Shown here: piece after piece, positions 50,101 to 63,070 of the stretch
How the letters are laid out: the number at the start of each line of letters is the position of its first letter
How positions within the stretch are numbered: the stretch's first letter is position 1
Source: Mobula hypostoma
Lineage: Eukaryota
Direction of reading: 5' to 3'
Assembly: GCF_963921235.1 (NCBI RefSeq)
Contig: NC_086097.1
Location: 115,074,001 to 115,138,000, forward strand
DNA length: 64,000 nt
Translations under genes and position numbers: made by a program
Notes under the pieces: generated by a model
Told to the model about the DNA's origin: nothing
Database searches by the model: none
What the model saw: the letters and a program-made list of their open reading frames with translations, nothing else

Positions 50101-50844
50101 TTTCCAATAGTAGGAGAGTCTAGGACCAGGAGGCACAGCCTCAGAATACAAGGATGTCCCTTTAGAACAGAGATGAGGAGGAATTTAGTTAGCTAGAGGG
50201 TGGTGAATCTGTGGAATTCAGTCTGACAGTTAGCTGATAGGTTCGTGATTAAGTAAGTGTGTCAAAGGTTACAGGGAGAAGGCACAGAATAGGGTTGAGA
50301 GGGATAATAAATCAGCCAAGATGGAATTGCAGAACAGATTCAATGGACAACGAGCCTAATTCTTTTCTGATGTCTTATAGAGACGGTTTGACCCTGAACT
50401 AGAGGGGGACTAATAACCTAGTGGGAAGTTTGGTTAATGCTGCACAGTGGGGTTAAAACTAAAGTTTCAGGGGAATGCGAATTAGAGTGCCCGAACAGTT
50501 GTTGGAGAGGTTGTGGAGGCTGATGTTGATAAGACCTCAGACAAAGTCAGGAATCTAAAGGTTGAGGATGGTGTGACTGGTGTTCTGAGCTGTGTATATT
50601 TCAATGCAAGAAGAATCGTAGGAAAAGTGGATGACAATGCTGAAGATGAGGTAGTTCGTTTACAAACAGAGGCAATATGTAATGAGGAGAGGCTGTTGAT
50701 AGGGCAAAATTGCAGTCAGCAGGGTGAGTTGCAATGTAAAAGGTGGACAAAATCGAAAAAGGTGAATACAGGGCTGAAGGTGTTATATTTGAAAGTGCCC
50801 GTATACGGAATAAGGTAGATGAACTTGTAGCACAGTTGCAGATT

Positions 50845-51497
50845 GGAATGTATGATAAAGAAGGCATACAGTGTATTGGCCTTCATCAATCGTGGAATTG
50901 AGTTTAGGAGCCGAGAGGTAATGTTGCAGCTATTTAGGACCCAGGTCAGACCCCACTTGGAGTACTGTGCTCAGTTATGGTCGCCTCACTACAGGAAGGA
51001 TGTGGAAGCCATAGAAAGGGAGCAGAGGAGATTTATAAAGATGTTGCCTGGATTGGGGAGGATGCCTTATGAGAATAGGTTGAGTGAACTTGGCCTTTTT
51101 TCCTTGGAGTGACGGAGGATGAGAGGTGACCTGGTAGAGGTGTATAAGATGATGAGAGGCATTGATTGTGTGGACAGTCAGAGGCTTTTTCCCAGGGTTG
51201 AAATGGTTGCCACAAGAGGACACAGGTTTAAGGTGCTGGGGAATAGGTACAGAGGAGAAGTCAGGGGTAAGTTTTTTACTCAGAGAGTGGTGAGTGCGTG
51301 GAATGGGCTGCCAACAACGGTGGTGGAGGCGGATACGATAGGGTCTTTTAAGAGACTTTTGGATAGGTACATGGAGCTTCGAAAAATAGAGGGCTATGGG
51401 TAAGCCTAGTAATTTCTAAGGTAGGGACATGTTCGGCACAACTTTGTGGGCCAAAGGGCCTGTATTGTGCTGTAGGTTTTCTATGTTTTCTCTATGT
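50845..51497 (+). mobile_element. CR1/HER1-like LINE 3' end
   Basis: VRPHLEYCAQLWSPHYRKD..TRGHRFKV..FFTQRVV with a tttctatg tail. Confidence 0.85.
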
Positions 51498-51792
51498 TGT
51501 AGGCATCACTGAATGATGGCTGAAAGAAGATTATAGCTAGAAGCTTAATGTCCAAAGATACACGTGGTATTAAAGGACAGGCAGGAAGGCGGGGGGTGGG
51601 GGGCTGTGGGTGGTGTTACTCTGTAGGTAAAAAGTGAATTTAGAAAGTGTTGAACCATTGTGGATAGAGCTAAGGAACTGCAAAGTTAAAGAGAGCTGAT
51701 TGAGAGTTGTATACAGACCTCCAAACATTAGTAAGGATGTGGTCTGCACATTACAACAGAGATTGAAAGTGCATGTCAAAAGGGTAATGTTA

Positions 51793-52860
51793 TGTAATGT
51801 CCTGGTTAAAATCTTTACTGCTATGCTATAGGTATTTCATTTTAGCCGTCTGTCAGAGAAGTCTGTTCTGCTTTCAGCCTGCTTGGGTTTGAGCTGAGAT
51901 AAGAGGCTTTGTTGTTCAATTTAGGAATGTGGTGTCAGCCAATCAGGACAGTAGAATTGGGAGAAGGTTCCAGAGAATGCTGGAAGAAGTGGTTTTGTGA
52001 GGGACACTACTGTGGGTCGAGGTCTTTTTTGGCGGGAGCTGGGAGAAGACAGGAGGGAAGATGGCTGAGGAGGCCATCCCTGTTGCACAAGGTACTTTGT
52101 GCAGATAAATGGCTTCAAGGAGGAAGGACCAATACTCATGTGGGAGACCCGTTTGTTCGAGATGGATTTTGAGTGTTATTCGGAAACTGGTGTGTGCTCT
52201 CACACATTCCAAGGGTCCAGCATGTGAGTTACAGACAAGTTCAAGATGAGCTCCAACTTATGTGCACACTTGACTTTTTAATTATGATGGACTCTTTTTC
52301 TTTTTTTCTTTAGTAACTCTTTGGTTAAGTTAACATTTCTAAGCGTGTCTTCTTTATAATTGCATACTGTTTATGATTTGTTATTTTTGCTGATGGCCAA
52401 TTGCAAGCGGGCAGTTACTCACACAGTATTCACACAAATCGGGGTTTGGGTGGATGAGACATGCCAACCTCATGGGTTTAAAAAGGTAACATGAGGAATT
52501 CTGCAGATGCTGAAAATTCAAGCAACACACATCAAAGTTGCTGGTGAATGCAGCAGGCAAGGCAGCATCTCTAGGAAGAGGTACAGTCGACGTTTCGGGC
52601 CGAGACCATTCGTCTAGTCCTGACGAAGGGTCTCGGCCCGAAACATCGACTGTACCTCTTCCTAGAGATGCTGCCTGGCCTGCTGCGTTCACCAGCAACT
52701 TTGATGTGTGTAACCTCATGGGTTTGGTGGGACCAAAGTTGTATACACCACAGATGTATGAAGCCTGTAAAAGGTGGGTTTCTCGCCACGGAATCCAGTG
52801 GCTGTTAGCGAGGAGAAAACGAGCTGAATTTCCAGAGAGGCACAGTAAAAAAGGGTTTCA
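51793..52860. mobile_element. Probable solo LTR
   Basis: TG..CA ends and a 4-bp TSD GTTA at 51789-51792 and 52861-52864. CR1 sequence reads through when the insertion is removed. Confidence 0.7.
52480..52711. mobile_element. Palindromic mini-PLE insertion (inverted pLTR pair with hammerhead)
   Basis: Near-perfect inverted repeat 52526-52614 / 52622-52711, with a 14-bp TSD AACCTCATGGGTTT at 52466-52479 and 52712-52725. Confidence 0.88.
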
Positions 52861-53709
52861 GTTACAATAGTCATGAGGGACTTCAATATGCAGGTAGATT
52901 GGGAAAATCATGTTGGTGCTGGATTTAAAGAGGGGGATTTCTAGAATGCCTACAAGGTGACTTTTTTGCTTATGGTTGATCCCACTAGGGAATCAACTAT
53001 TCTGAATTGGATATTCTGCAATGAAACAGAATTGATTAGAGAGCATAAGGTAAAAGAATCCTTAGGGATAGTGATCATAATATGATTGAATTCACCCTGA
53101 AATTTGAGAAGGAGAAGCTGAAGTCGGAAGTATCAGTTTTATAGTGGAGTAAAGGGAATTACAGAGGCATGAGAAAGGAGTTGGCCAGAATTGATTGGAA
53201 GAGAACACAAAATACTCTGCAGATGCTGGGGTCAAAGCAACAGTCTCGACACGCTGGAGGAACTCAGCAGGTCGGGCAGCATCCATGGAAACAATCAGTC
53301 ACACTGGAGAGGGATGAAGGCAGAGCAGCAATGGCTGGAATTTTTGGAAGCTACAGGATATATATATCCCACAGAGGAAGAAGTATTCTAAAGGAAAGAT
53401 GACACAACAATGGCTAACAGGAGACATCAAAGCTAACATAAAGGCCAAATAAAGGACATAATAGAGCAAAAATTAGAGGATTGGGAAGCTTTTTAAAAAT
53501 GAACAGAAGGCAACTAAAATGTCATTAAGAATGTTAAGATGGAATATGAAAGTAAGCTAGCCAATAATATTAAAAAGGATACCAAAAGATTCTTCAGATA
53601 CATAAAGTGTAAAAGAGAGGTGAGAGTGGATATTGGATCTTTGGAACAGAATGCTGGAGAGATAGTGGTGGGGAACAAGGAAATGGCGGACCAGCTAAGT
53701 GAGTATTTT

Positions 53710-54070
53710 AGAACATAGAACATAGAATAGTACAGCACAGTACAGGCCCTTCGGCCCACAATGTTGTGCCGACCCTCAAACCCTGCCTCCCATATAAGCC
53801 CCCACCTTAGATTCCTCCATATACCTGTCTAGTAGTCTCTTAAACTTCACTAGTGTATTTGCCTCCACCACTGACTCAGGCAGTGCATTCCATGCACCAA
53901 CCACTCTCTGAGTGAAAAACCTTCCTCTAATATCCCCCTTGAACTTCCCACCCCTTACCTTAAAGCCATGTCCTCTTGTATTGAGCAGTGGTGCCCTGGG
54001 GAAGAGGCGCTGGCTATCCACTCTATCTATTCCTCTTATTATCTTGTACACCTCTATCATGTCTCCTTTT
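53710..54070 (-). mobile_element. Young CR1/HER1 3' end inserted antisense into CR1
   Basis: GDMIEVYKIIRGIDRVDSQRLFP..TRGHGFKV..FFTQRVV with a (ttctatg)n tail. Confidence 0.85.
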
Positions 54071-56219
54071 TGCATCAGTCTTCTCTGTGGAAGACACTAG
54101 CAGTATGGTGGAAGTTCCAGGTGTCAGGGGGCATGAAGAGTGTGAAGTTACTGTTAATAGAGAGAAGGTTCTTGGGAAACTGAAAGGTCTGAAGGTAGAT
54201 AAGTCACCTGGAACAGATGGTGTACACCCCCGAGTTCTGAAAGAGGTGGCTGAAAGGATTGTGGAGGCATTAGTAATGATCTTTCAAGAATCACTAGATT
54301 CTGAAATGGTTCCAGAAGACTGGAAAATTGCAAATGTCACTCTATTCTTCAAGAGGGGAGAGAGGCTGAAGAAAGGACACTATAGGTCAGTTAGTCTGAC
54401 CTCAGTGGTTGGGAAGATGTTGCAGTTGATTACTAAAGATGAGGTCTCAGGGTATTTGGAGGCACATGATAAAATAGACTGTAGTCAGCATGGTTTCCTC
54501 AAGGGAAAATCTTGCCTGATAAATCTGTTGGAATTCTTTGAAGAAATAACAAGTGGGATAGACAAAGAAGAATCAGTTGATGCTGTGCACTTGGAATTTC
54601 AGACGGCCTTTGACAAGGTGCCACAGATGAGGATACATAACAAGCTATGTGCCCATGGCATTACAGGAAAGATTCTAGCATGGATAAAGCATGTGGCTAA
54701 TTAGCTGGATGCAAAGAGTGGGAATAAAAGGAACCTCTTTTGGTTGGCTGCTGGTGACTAGTGGTGTTCCACAGGGGTTTGTGTTGGGACTTGGTCTTTT
54801 TACATTATACGCCAATGAATTGGATGATGGAATTGATGGCTTTATTACCAGGTTTGCAGACGATATGAAATAGGTGGCAGGGCTGGTAACTTTGAGGAAG
54901 TAGAGAGGCTACAGAATAACTTAGGTAGATTAGGAGAATGGGCAAAGACATGGCAGATGGAATAGAGTCTCGGAAAGTGTATGGACTTTGGTAGAAGAAA
55001 TGAATGGGTTGATAATTTCCTAAATAGAAAGAAAATACAAAAAAAAACTGAGGTGCAAAGGGACTTGAGAGTTCTTGTGCAGGATTCCCTAAAGGTTAAT
55101 TTGCAGGCAGACTCTGTGGTGAGGAAGGCAAATGCAAGGTTAGCATTCATTCCAGAGGACTAGAATATAAAAGCAAGGATGTACTGTTGAGACTTTATAA
55201 AGCACTCACTTGGAGCGTTGGGAGCAGTATGGAGCCCCTTATCTTAGAAAGGATGTGCTGAAACTGGAGAGGGTTCAAAGGAGATTGATGAAAGTGATTC
55301 CAGGATTGAATGGTGTGTCGTATGAAAAGCGTTTGATGGCTCTGGGCCTGTATTCACTAGAATTCAGACAAATGAGGGGTGACCTCATTAAACCTATCAA
55401 AAGGTGAAAAGCCTTGAAAGAGTGGATGTGGAGAGGACGTGGGGGGTCCAAGACCAGAGGCCACAGGCTCAGAATAGAGGGGCATCCTTTTAGGACAGAG
55501 ATGAAGAGGAATTTCTTAAGCCAAAGAGTGGTGAATCTGTGGAATTCTTTGCCATAGGCAGCTGTGAAGGCCCAGTCTTATTGTATATTTAAGGCAGAGG
55601 TTGACAGATTTTTGATTGGTCAGGGCATGAAGGGATATGGGGAGAAGGCAGGAGATTGGAGCTGGGAGGAAAATAGGATCAGCCATTCTCCTATGGTGGA
55701 GCAGACTTAATGGGCCAAATGGCCTTGCTGCTATATCTTATGGTCTTATTGTCTTATGGTGAGTCTAGGCTGTTAGATAATACTGAATATATACTGCATT
55801 ATTGCACCAATGGACGTATACCAGCTGAAACTGAAGCTGAGACTCTGGGGTCTGCAGGGTAGTCATGTCGGCTGGACCATCGGAAAGATCTAGCAGTCAT
55901 TGGCCCGATCAGAGTCTAGAGTTGGGTTTTGTCTGCGACTAGTGGTGTGGAAACCAGGTTGCTGAGATCGGGGACTTCAAGGGGACCTCAGGACATCAGG
56001 TGGCGTGGGGAAATCAATGGGTTGTTGGTCCCCTAGGGATCAGAAGATCATCAGGTAGATTGCTGGATGATGGCGGCTATTAGAGTGGATCAAAAACCGA
56101 AATCGGTAGAAATTGTCGAGACTCAAAACCAGAATCAGGTTTCGTATCACTGGATGTGTCATGAAATTTGTTGTTTTGCGACAGCAGTACAATCCAATAC
56201 ATAAGAAACTAAAAATTAC

Positions 56220-56227
56220 CATATATA

Positions 56228-56266
<39 letters not shown>
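56220..56266. repeat. Compound (AT)(GT)(GA) microsatellite
   Basis: Read directly from the sequence. Confidence 0.9.
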
Positions 56267-56269
<3 letters not shown>

Positions 56270-57862
56270 AAATTACTGTAAATAAGTAATACAGTGCAAA
56301 AAGAGAGTCAAAAAGTAGTGAGGTAGTGTTCATGAGTTGAATTATTATCCATTCAGTAATCTGATGATGGAGGAGAAGAAGCTTGAAGGTTGAATATGTG
56401 TCTTCAAGCTCCAGTTCCTACTCTCTGACAGTAGAAATGAGAAGAGGGCATGTCCTTGGTGATGGGGATGCTTAATGATAGGTTCAAAAGGTGAAAGATA
56501 AATATCATAGAGGTGATGCAGTTTGAAACTACACTAAAAAAGACCTCAGATTGATGTCGTCCCGGGTAAACATGATCGATTGTTCCAAATGAAACCTTGC
56601 ACTAGAAGCAGCAGAGTGTGTTGCTTGCATGGTTTGGAAATCATAAATCATGCAAGGTAGTGTTCAGTCAAGATGTTGGGATATCTCAAAAGAACCCAAC
56701 TGTGGTACAACTGGAAATTCGTGTCAAGGGTGAAGGAAGAAGAGGGAAGTCCTGTCCCCCATAATCTGTACCACCAAGGGGTGCTGACTGCAGAACGTGC
56801 CTTGCAATTCTGTCTCCGTGGGGATTAAAACCTGACGTGTGATCCCCAGATGAGTGGCCCTCACCATCAAGTAATATGTTGATGACCCAAAACCACCTGG
56901 GAACATTGTAAAAGTGTTTAGCAGTATATATGTATTGATATGAAGTGTAAGTGTTACTTTAAGAGCTCTGTGATTTGGTGAACTATTGCAATATTGTGTG
57001 CACCGTGTTTCACGTGTGATTGCATACTGACTGTAGCAATGAAATGCCATGTTTTCCTTCAGAGGCCTAGACTAAGAGTGTTGTTAATACACCTCAAGAA
57101 GAACCAGAAGACATGACAGGAATGGAAACATCTTTTGGTGAATGGAATTGGTTTAAATGGGAGTCTTTATAGAGCACAGAACATTACAGCACAATACAGG
57201 CCCATAATGCTATACTAACCTTTTAACCTACTCGAAAGTCAATCTGACACTTTCCTCCCATCTTGCCCTCATTCAATTGCCTGTCTGATGTATCTATGTC
57301 CCTAATATATCTGCCTCCACCACCACCCCTGGCAGCTTATTCCATGCACTCACCACTCACTGTGTAAAAAAAAAACTTGCTTCTGACATTCCCCCTATAC
57401 TTCCCTCCAATCACTTTAAAATTATGCCCCCTCCTATTATCCAAGTGGGTGGATTCTGGGCATGGCTGCAGTAAATTCCTGTTGCACTTGTAGAAATCGT
57501 CAATACTGGAAAGTGCTGTGCCCGAGATGCCATCTGGTTGTAACTGAGATCAGAGCAAGTGATATCACTTGTTTAAGGATATAGTGCTTTGGTGAACTCT
57601 GTGATTTGGCTGTTAATTGGAGGAATAGCATCAGCTGTTGATGTGTTGCCTGTGAAAACTGAAGACTGGTGGGTATGTTTTATTCTCCATCACTGAACAG
57701 ATCCTAAACCCCCAGACATTGTCTTCTCCACTGCTGCAGGTGAGGCTCCTACCAGCCCAGTCGACACCATTGAATAAATGTGTCAGAATCTAAAGGCTGG
57801 AAGAAAAACACTGTGAACTTGAAGATGTTGGAACAGCTCGTACTCACTTCTAAAGCTGCTCA

Positions 57863-58295
57863 AGCAACACACATCAAATTTGCTGGTGAACGCAGCAGGC
57901 CAGGCAGCATCTCTAGGAAGAGGTACAGTCGACGTTTTGGGCTGAGACCCTTCGTCAGGACTAATGGAAGGAAGAGCTAGTAAGAGATTTGAAAGTGGGA
58001 GGGGGAGGGGGAGATCCAAAATGATAGGAGAAGACAGGAGGGGGAGGGATGGAGCCAAGAGCTGGACAGGTGATTGGCAAAGGGGATATGGGAGGATCAT
58101 GGGACAGGAAGCCCAGGGAGAAGGAAAAGGGGGAGGGGGAGGAAAAAACCCAGAGGATGGGCAAGGGGTATAGTCAGAGGGACAGAGGGAGAAAAAGGAG
58201 AGAGAGAGAAAGAATGTGTGTATATAAATAAATAACGGATGGGGTACGAAGGGGAGGTGGGACATTACCGGAAGTTAGAGAAGTCAAATATTGAC
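57863..58295 (-). mobile_element. PLE pLTR insertion with hammerhead
   Basis: Reverse complement of 44330-44734, with a 14-bp TSD TCTAAAGCTGCTCA at 57849-57862 and 58296-58309. Confidence 0.88.
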
Positions 58296-60544
58296 TCTAA
58301 AGCTGCTCAGTTAGGTCTCCCACTGTCAGCAGGGTGCCTTTTTAAATATACATACGGTAAATACAATCAAAAAGTATAATGTACTCCCAGTTCCACTATG
58401 ACTGTTTAAGCATTATCAAGGGTTACATGCAAAAGCTCTATTTGTTTGTTTGTTTGTTTATTTATTTATTTAGTAGAACAGGCTCAACAAGCCACACCAC
58501 CCAGCAACCCACCTATTTTAACCCTAGCCTAACCACAGGACAATTTATGATGGACAATTAACCTACCCACCGGTTCATCTTTGGAATGTGAGAGGAAATC
58601 GGAGCACCTGGAGGAAATCAACACGGGAACGAAAATACTCCCTATGGAAGGTGCCGAAATTGAACTCCAAACTCAGGATATAAACCCCAAGATATAATAG
58701 CATCACGCTAACCGCTACACTGCCCTGACACCCAGCACGGGAGAAAATGCATTGCGCGCAGCTGGTAGGGTCAGCAGGTACATGTTTAACAATAAAATCC
58801 TCACGTGGAAGATATAAAATGCATTTGAATTTCCCAGTGGACCTGCTTTCACCCAGAAATAATTGCTAGCACAACATAACTTCAGTTAAATTGTTTTGAA
58901 GTGCAATTTGCAAACCACAAATGGTTGCTAAAGTATCCAATTTTCAGGCATCTACATTTTAGTATATGCAAGGGAGAACAGTGGAAAAGCTCTTTTATTT
59001 CGATCAATATGTCTCATTCTTTTATAAATCAAAACAATAAATGATTTACCAGGTTTTTCCATTAAGGAATGTTCTTTTGAGTCCAATTATTCCATATATA
59101 ACGCATGGTTAAAAACCATTCGATTTTACCTGATGTCTTACATTCATATTTTGAGCTATCTTTAAAATACTTTTGATTATTTTTTTGGCTTGTTGTTAAC
59201 TGTTTTGGCTGCAATGCAAATAAACTTCCACTGATCAATTTGCTGATGTAGTGCAATTTGAGAACTAGGAATTGTCCCATGATTAATTAAAAATACAGGA
59301 CAGATACAGATCAAAGATAAGAAATTTACATTAGTCTGTCAGATATAATTCTTCTAGTCTAACTGGTCAATTTAAAATTGCATGGCAAGGTTTTTGTTTG
59401 CGAGTCTTTAAAAGAAATGCATTTTCCAAATGATGCTGATTTTACTTTATTTATACTTTATTGTCGCCAAACAATTGGTACTAGAACGTACAATCATCAC
59501 AGCAATATTTGATTCTGTGCTTCCCACTCCCTGGATTACAAATAATAAATACTAAAAATAGTAAAAATTTAAAATTATAAATCATAAATAGAAAATAGAA
59601 AAATGGAAAGTAAGGTAGTGCAAAAAAACTAAGAGGCAGGTCCGGATATTTGGAGGTTATGGCCCAGATCCAGGTCGGGATCCGTTCAACAGTCTTATCA
59701 CATTTGGAAATGAAAGAAACTTTTTGGTCTTTTTCTATAGTCAATCAAATAACACCAGAATAATAATGCTACCTTGATTTATCATAAAGATTATGCCGGA
59801 CAATAATGCCCTTATGAATTTGCTTCTTTGCATTCTTTTCTAAATGAACAGTGAAGCTTTGTCTTATTTTTTATAATGAGGAACACCAGGAGAGCTGACA
59901 CTGCACAGGAAATTTCAGGTAAATCATTAAAGTAAGGAATTTCATTTTCAAATGCCATTTTCCCAATAACTGTTATACTCAGTTATCACTTAGTTTTCTA
60001 CACAAGTTCTTGTTGGAAGATTTGAGCAACAAACATATATTAATTCCCCTTCCATCTCAGCATTTTTGAATGGATTGCTCCTTTCAAGAGTTGCTGGTCA
60101 ATGATCACATTCCCACTTACTGCTCTCCACTGTATGGCACTTTCCCAAGTAAACATCAGGGGTGCCTTTCCAAGATTTTAATCTCTTCACTTTCCATAAT
60201 CCAAGGACCCAAATTGTCTTTCCAGATAAGGCAATGATTCACTTGCACTTTTCAAATCCAGTGCATTGATTACGGTAGGTATTCACAATGTCAAAAATAT
60301 CCGAGTTCCTTTTAAACCCCACCAATGAATGACTTTTCCAGTTGATTGCCCCTGCCAAGACTATTTTGCCAATGGATATTTAATGGTACATTACTTCCCC
60401 CGTTGCAGAAGTTCCTTTTATTACCCTCCTTCACCTTTTCTGTGATCTGGACTAACATAATGGCAGCAGATGGGAGATGCCAGCAGCAATTTTTATTAAG
60501 TTGTTTCTGATTGGCTAAATTTGTAGCAACTCAGCCAATAAAAG

Positions 60545-60887
60545 GAAGATTGTTCCCGATGTTGGGGAAGTCCAGAACGAGGGGTCACAGTTTGAGGATA
60601 AAGGGGAAGCCTTTTAGGACCGAGATTAGGAAAAACTTCTTCACACAGAGAGTGGTGAATCTGTGGAATTCTCTGCCACAGGAAACAGTTGAGGCCAGTT
60701 CACTGGCTATATATAAGAGGGAGTTAGATATGGCCCTTGTGGCTAGGGGGAGCAGGGGGTATGGAGGGAAGGCTGGGGCGGGGTTCTGAGTTGGATGATC
60801 AGCCATGATCATAATAAATGGCGGTGCAGGCTCGAAGGGCCGAATGGCCTTCTCCTGCACCTATTTTCTATGTTTCTATGTTTCTAT
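60545..60887 (+). mobile_element. CR1/HER1-like LINE 3' end
   Basis: LFPMLGKSRTRGHSLRIKG..FFTQRVVNLWNSLP with a (tttctatg)n tail. Confidence 0.85.
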
Positions 60888-61549
60888 ATAAAAGGAGCAG
60901 CAACCATTGTGAAAGTGAGCCTGTGTAGGAGTCGTAGCTGAGGCTTTGGCGAGGAGGCAAAAGTGAGTAACAGGTTAGAATCAGGTAAGGTTTTTTTTCC
61001 CTGTTGATCTGAGTCCTTGGATTTAACGGTAGACAAAATGGGAGTTAGGGCAGTGGAACGCTCCTCCTACAAGATGTGGAAAGTCAAGGAACTTTCTGGT
61101 CTCCCTGATGACTTACATCTGAGGGAAGTGCACCCAGCTGCAACTCCTGACAGACTCAGTCAAAGAACTGAAGATGCTGGTGGATGTGCTCAGAACCATC
61201 TAGAAAGCTGAGGAGATCACAGATGAGAGTTTTAGTGAGGTGGTCACACCTCATGTGCTCGCTAAAGATAAATGGGTGACCACCAAGAGCAGTAAGGTCT
61301 AAACACAAGGCCTTTTTACTTATATTGAGAAAGAGGATAACTAAGGAGAGGCTAAGTGGACTCAAGGATAAAGGATGGAATTTGTGCTTGGATTCAGACC
61401 AAGATAGTTCTGGGTCTTCTGAAAGGCATTAACATGGATAAGACCCCAGAGCCTGATGCATATATCCCAGAATATTAAAAGAACTACAGAAAAGGAGATT
61501 AGAATTTTAAATGCACAATATGTCCCTGAATAATGAAAAAAGCCAAAAA

Positions 61550-63070
61550 TGTTACCAATGTGGCAAATCCTCTCATGATGCAAATGACAGTTGGTTCAAG
61601 GAAAAAGTGTGCTCAATGTGTCACCGACAAGGTCACACAGAGAGAGTGTGCAAGGCAGACAAAAAGCACAACTGAGTGAAAATACAAAACTAAGCAAATG
61701 CATGAAGTTACCAAATGTAAAACAGAATCAGACAACGTAGAGTATGAAAAAGGTGAACTGTCATGCCTAGGACTGCATAGTATTACTGAAGCAGATCACA
61801 ATATAACATGGATCACAATAGATGTGTCCAGTGTAAAACTGAAAATGGAGCTGGATACACGGTCAGTTTTGTCTATAATTCCAGAGGCTGACTAAAACTG
61901 ATTGCTTTCTAAGTTACCATTACAGTGATGCTAGGGAGTGTCTCCCAAAGGCAAACTGAAAGAGAATGTGACGTATGGAGGCCAAACATAGCAGTAAGAT
62001 ATTTATCTATTGAAAAGTGGAGGGCCAGCACATTTCAGGCGTAAATGGTTGAGAAAAATCCAACTGGACTGGCACTCAATCAAAGCTCTCAGTGTGACAT
62101 CAACAGACCAAATAGTAGCACTAACCAGATACTGGCAGAGCTGCTTACTGCTAATGAGAAGTTGTTAGAGAAAGGAATAGATAAACAGATTGAAGACTTG
62201 CCCAAAAAGCTGTTTGGGATGCCAAAATGTTTGAAATGCACCTCCACAGGCACCGTTGCACCCATGGGAGTGACTGACTTTACCATGGCAACGAGAACAT
62301 ATTGACTTTGCCAGGCCATTCATGGACTCCATGTTCCTGATTGCTGTGGATGCTCAGTCAAAGTGGCCGGAGGCTATATAATGACATCAACCACTCAGCA
62401 AAGACTGGCTCTGCCCTGAGGAGTATCTTCACCAGAAAAGGTTTACCAGAACAAATTGTGAGTGACAATGGACCACAATACACATCAGAAGTATTCCGAC
62501 TGTTCATGAAGAAAAATGGCATCAGACATTTCAAGCCAGCTCCTCACCACCCAGCAGCAAATGGGTTAGCTGAAGGGTTTGTCCAAAAATTCAAGAAGCC
62601 CATTAAAGTGATGGACATGGAGGACATTTCTCTCCAGCACAAGGTGGACAACTTCCTTTTTGTATATTAGAATTCTGTTTATGCGACAACAGATCAAACA
62701 CCTGCAATGCTGTTCTTGAGCAGAAATCTGAGATCTCACATAGACCTTCTGAAACCAGACCTCCAGAGGGAAGTACAGAATAAACAGTTCAGCCAGTTGT
62801 CAAGTGAAGCAGGAACCAATGAACACAGTGAATGTTGGATATCAGACATGGAGACATCATGTGGACCAGATACTGGATGCTCAACCAAAGAATATACCTG
62901 AATCAACTGCATCCAACAATATGGACACATTACAGTCACCAGACTTGCCTCTCAAGAATAATGTCACTGACAGCAACGTGACACCGGAAACTGAGAATGT
63001 TGTCTTAGACAAGATACCTACCAAACCTGATAAACCTAGCTGCAAATATGATTTGGTACACATGTGATTT
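61550..63070 (+). mobile_element. Degenerate Mag-like Gypsy internal fragment (gag knuckles, protease, integrase; RT deleted)
   Basis: CHRQGHTERVC, ELSCLGLHS..KLKMELDTRSVLSII, IQLDWHSIKAL, and GLPEQIVSDNGPQY..APHHPAANGLAE (integrase). I did not identify LTRs. Confidence 0.85.

Larger units (their letters stand above)
51500..55760 (+). mobile_element. Degenerate CR1-like LINE ORF2 (EN to RT) with several nested insertions
   Basis: VVYRPP, DFNM, SDHNMIEF, DKSPGTDG, QHGFLKGKSCL and FADD motifs. It is interrupted at 51793-52860, about 53205-53300 and 53710-54070. Confidence 0.8.

Noticed and set aside
53988..54704. 238-aa ORF
   Set aside because: It is a chimera of an antisense CR1 3' insertion and CR1 RT sequence, not a gene.
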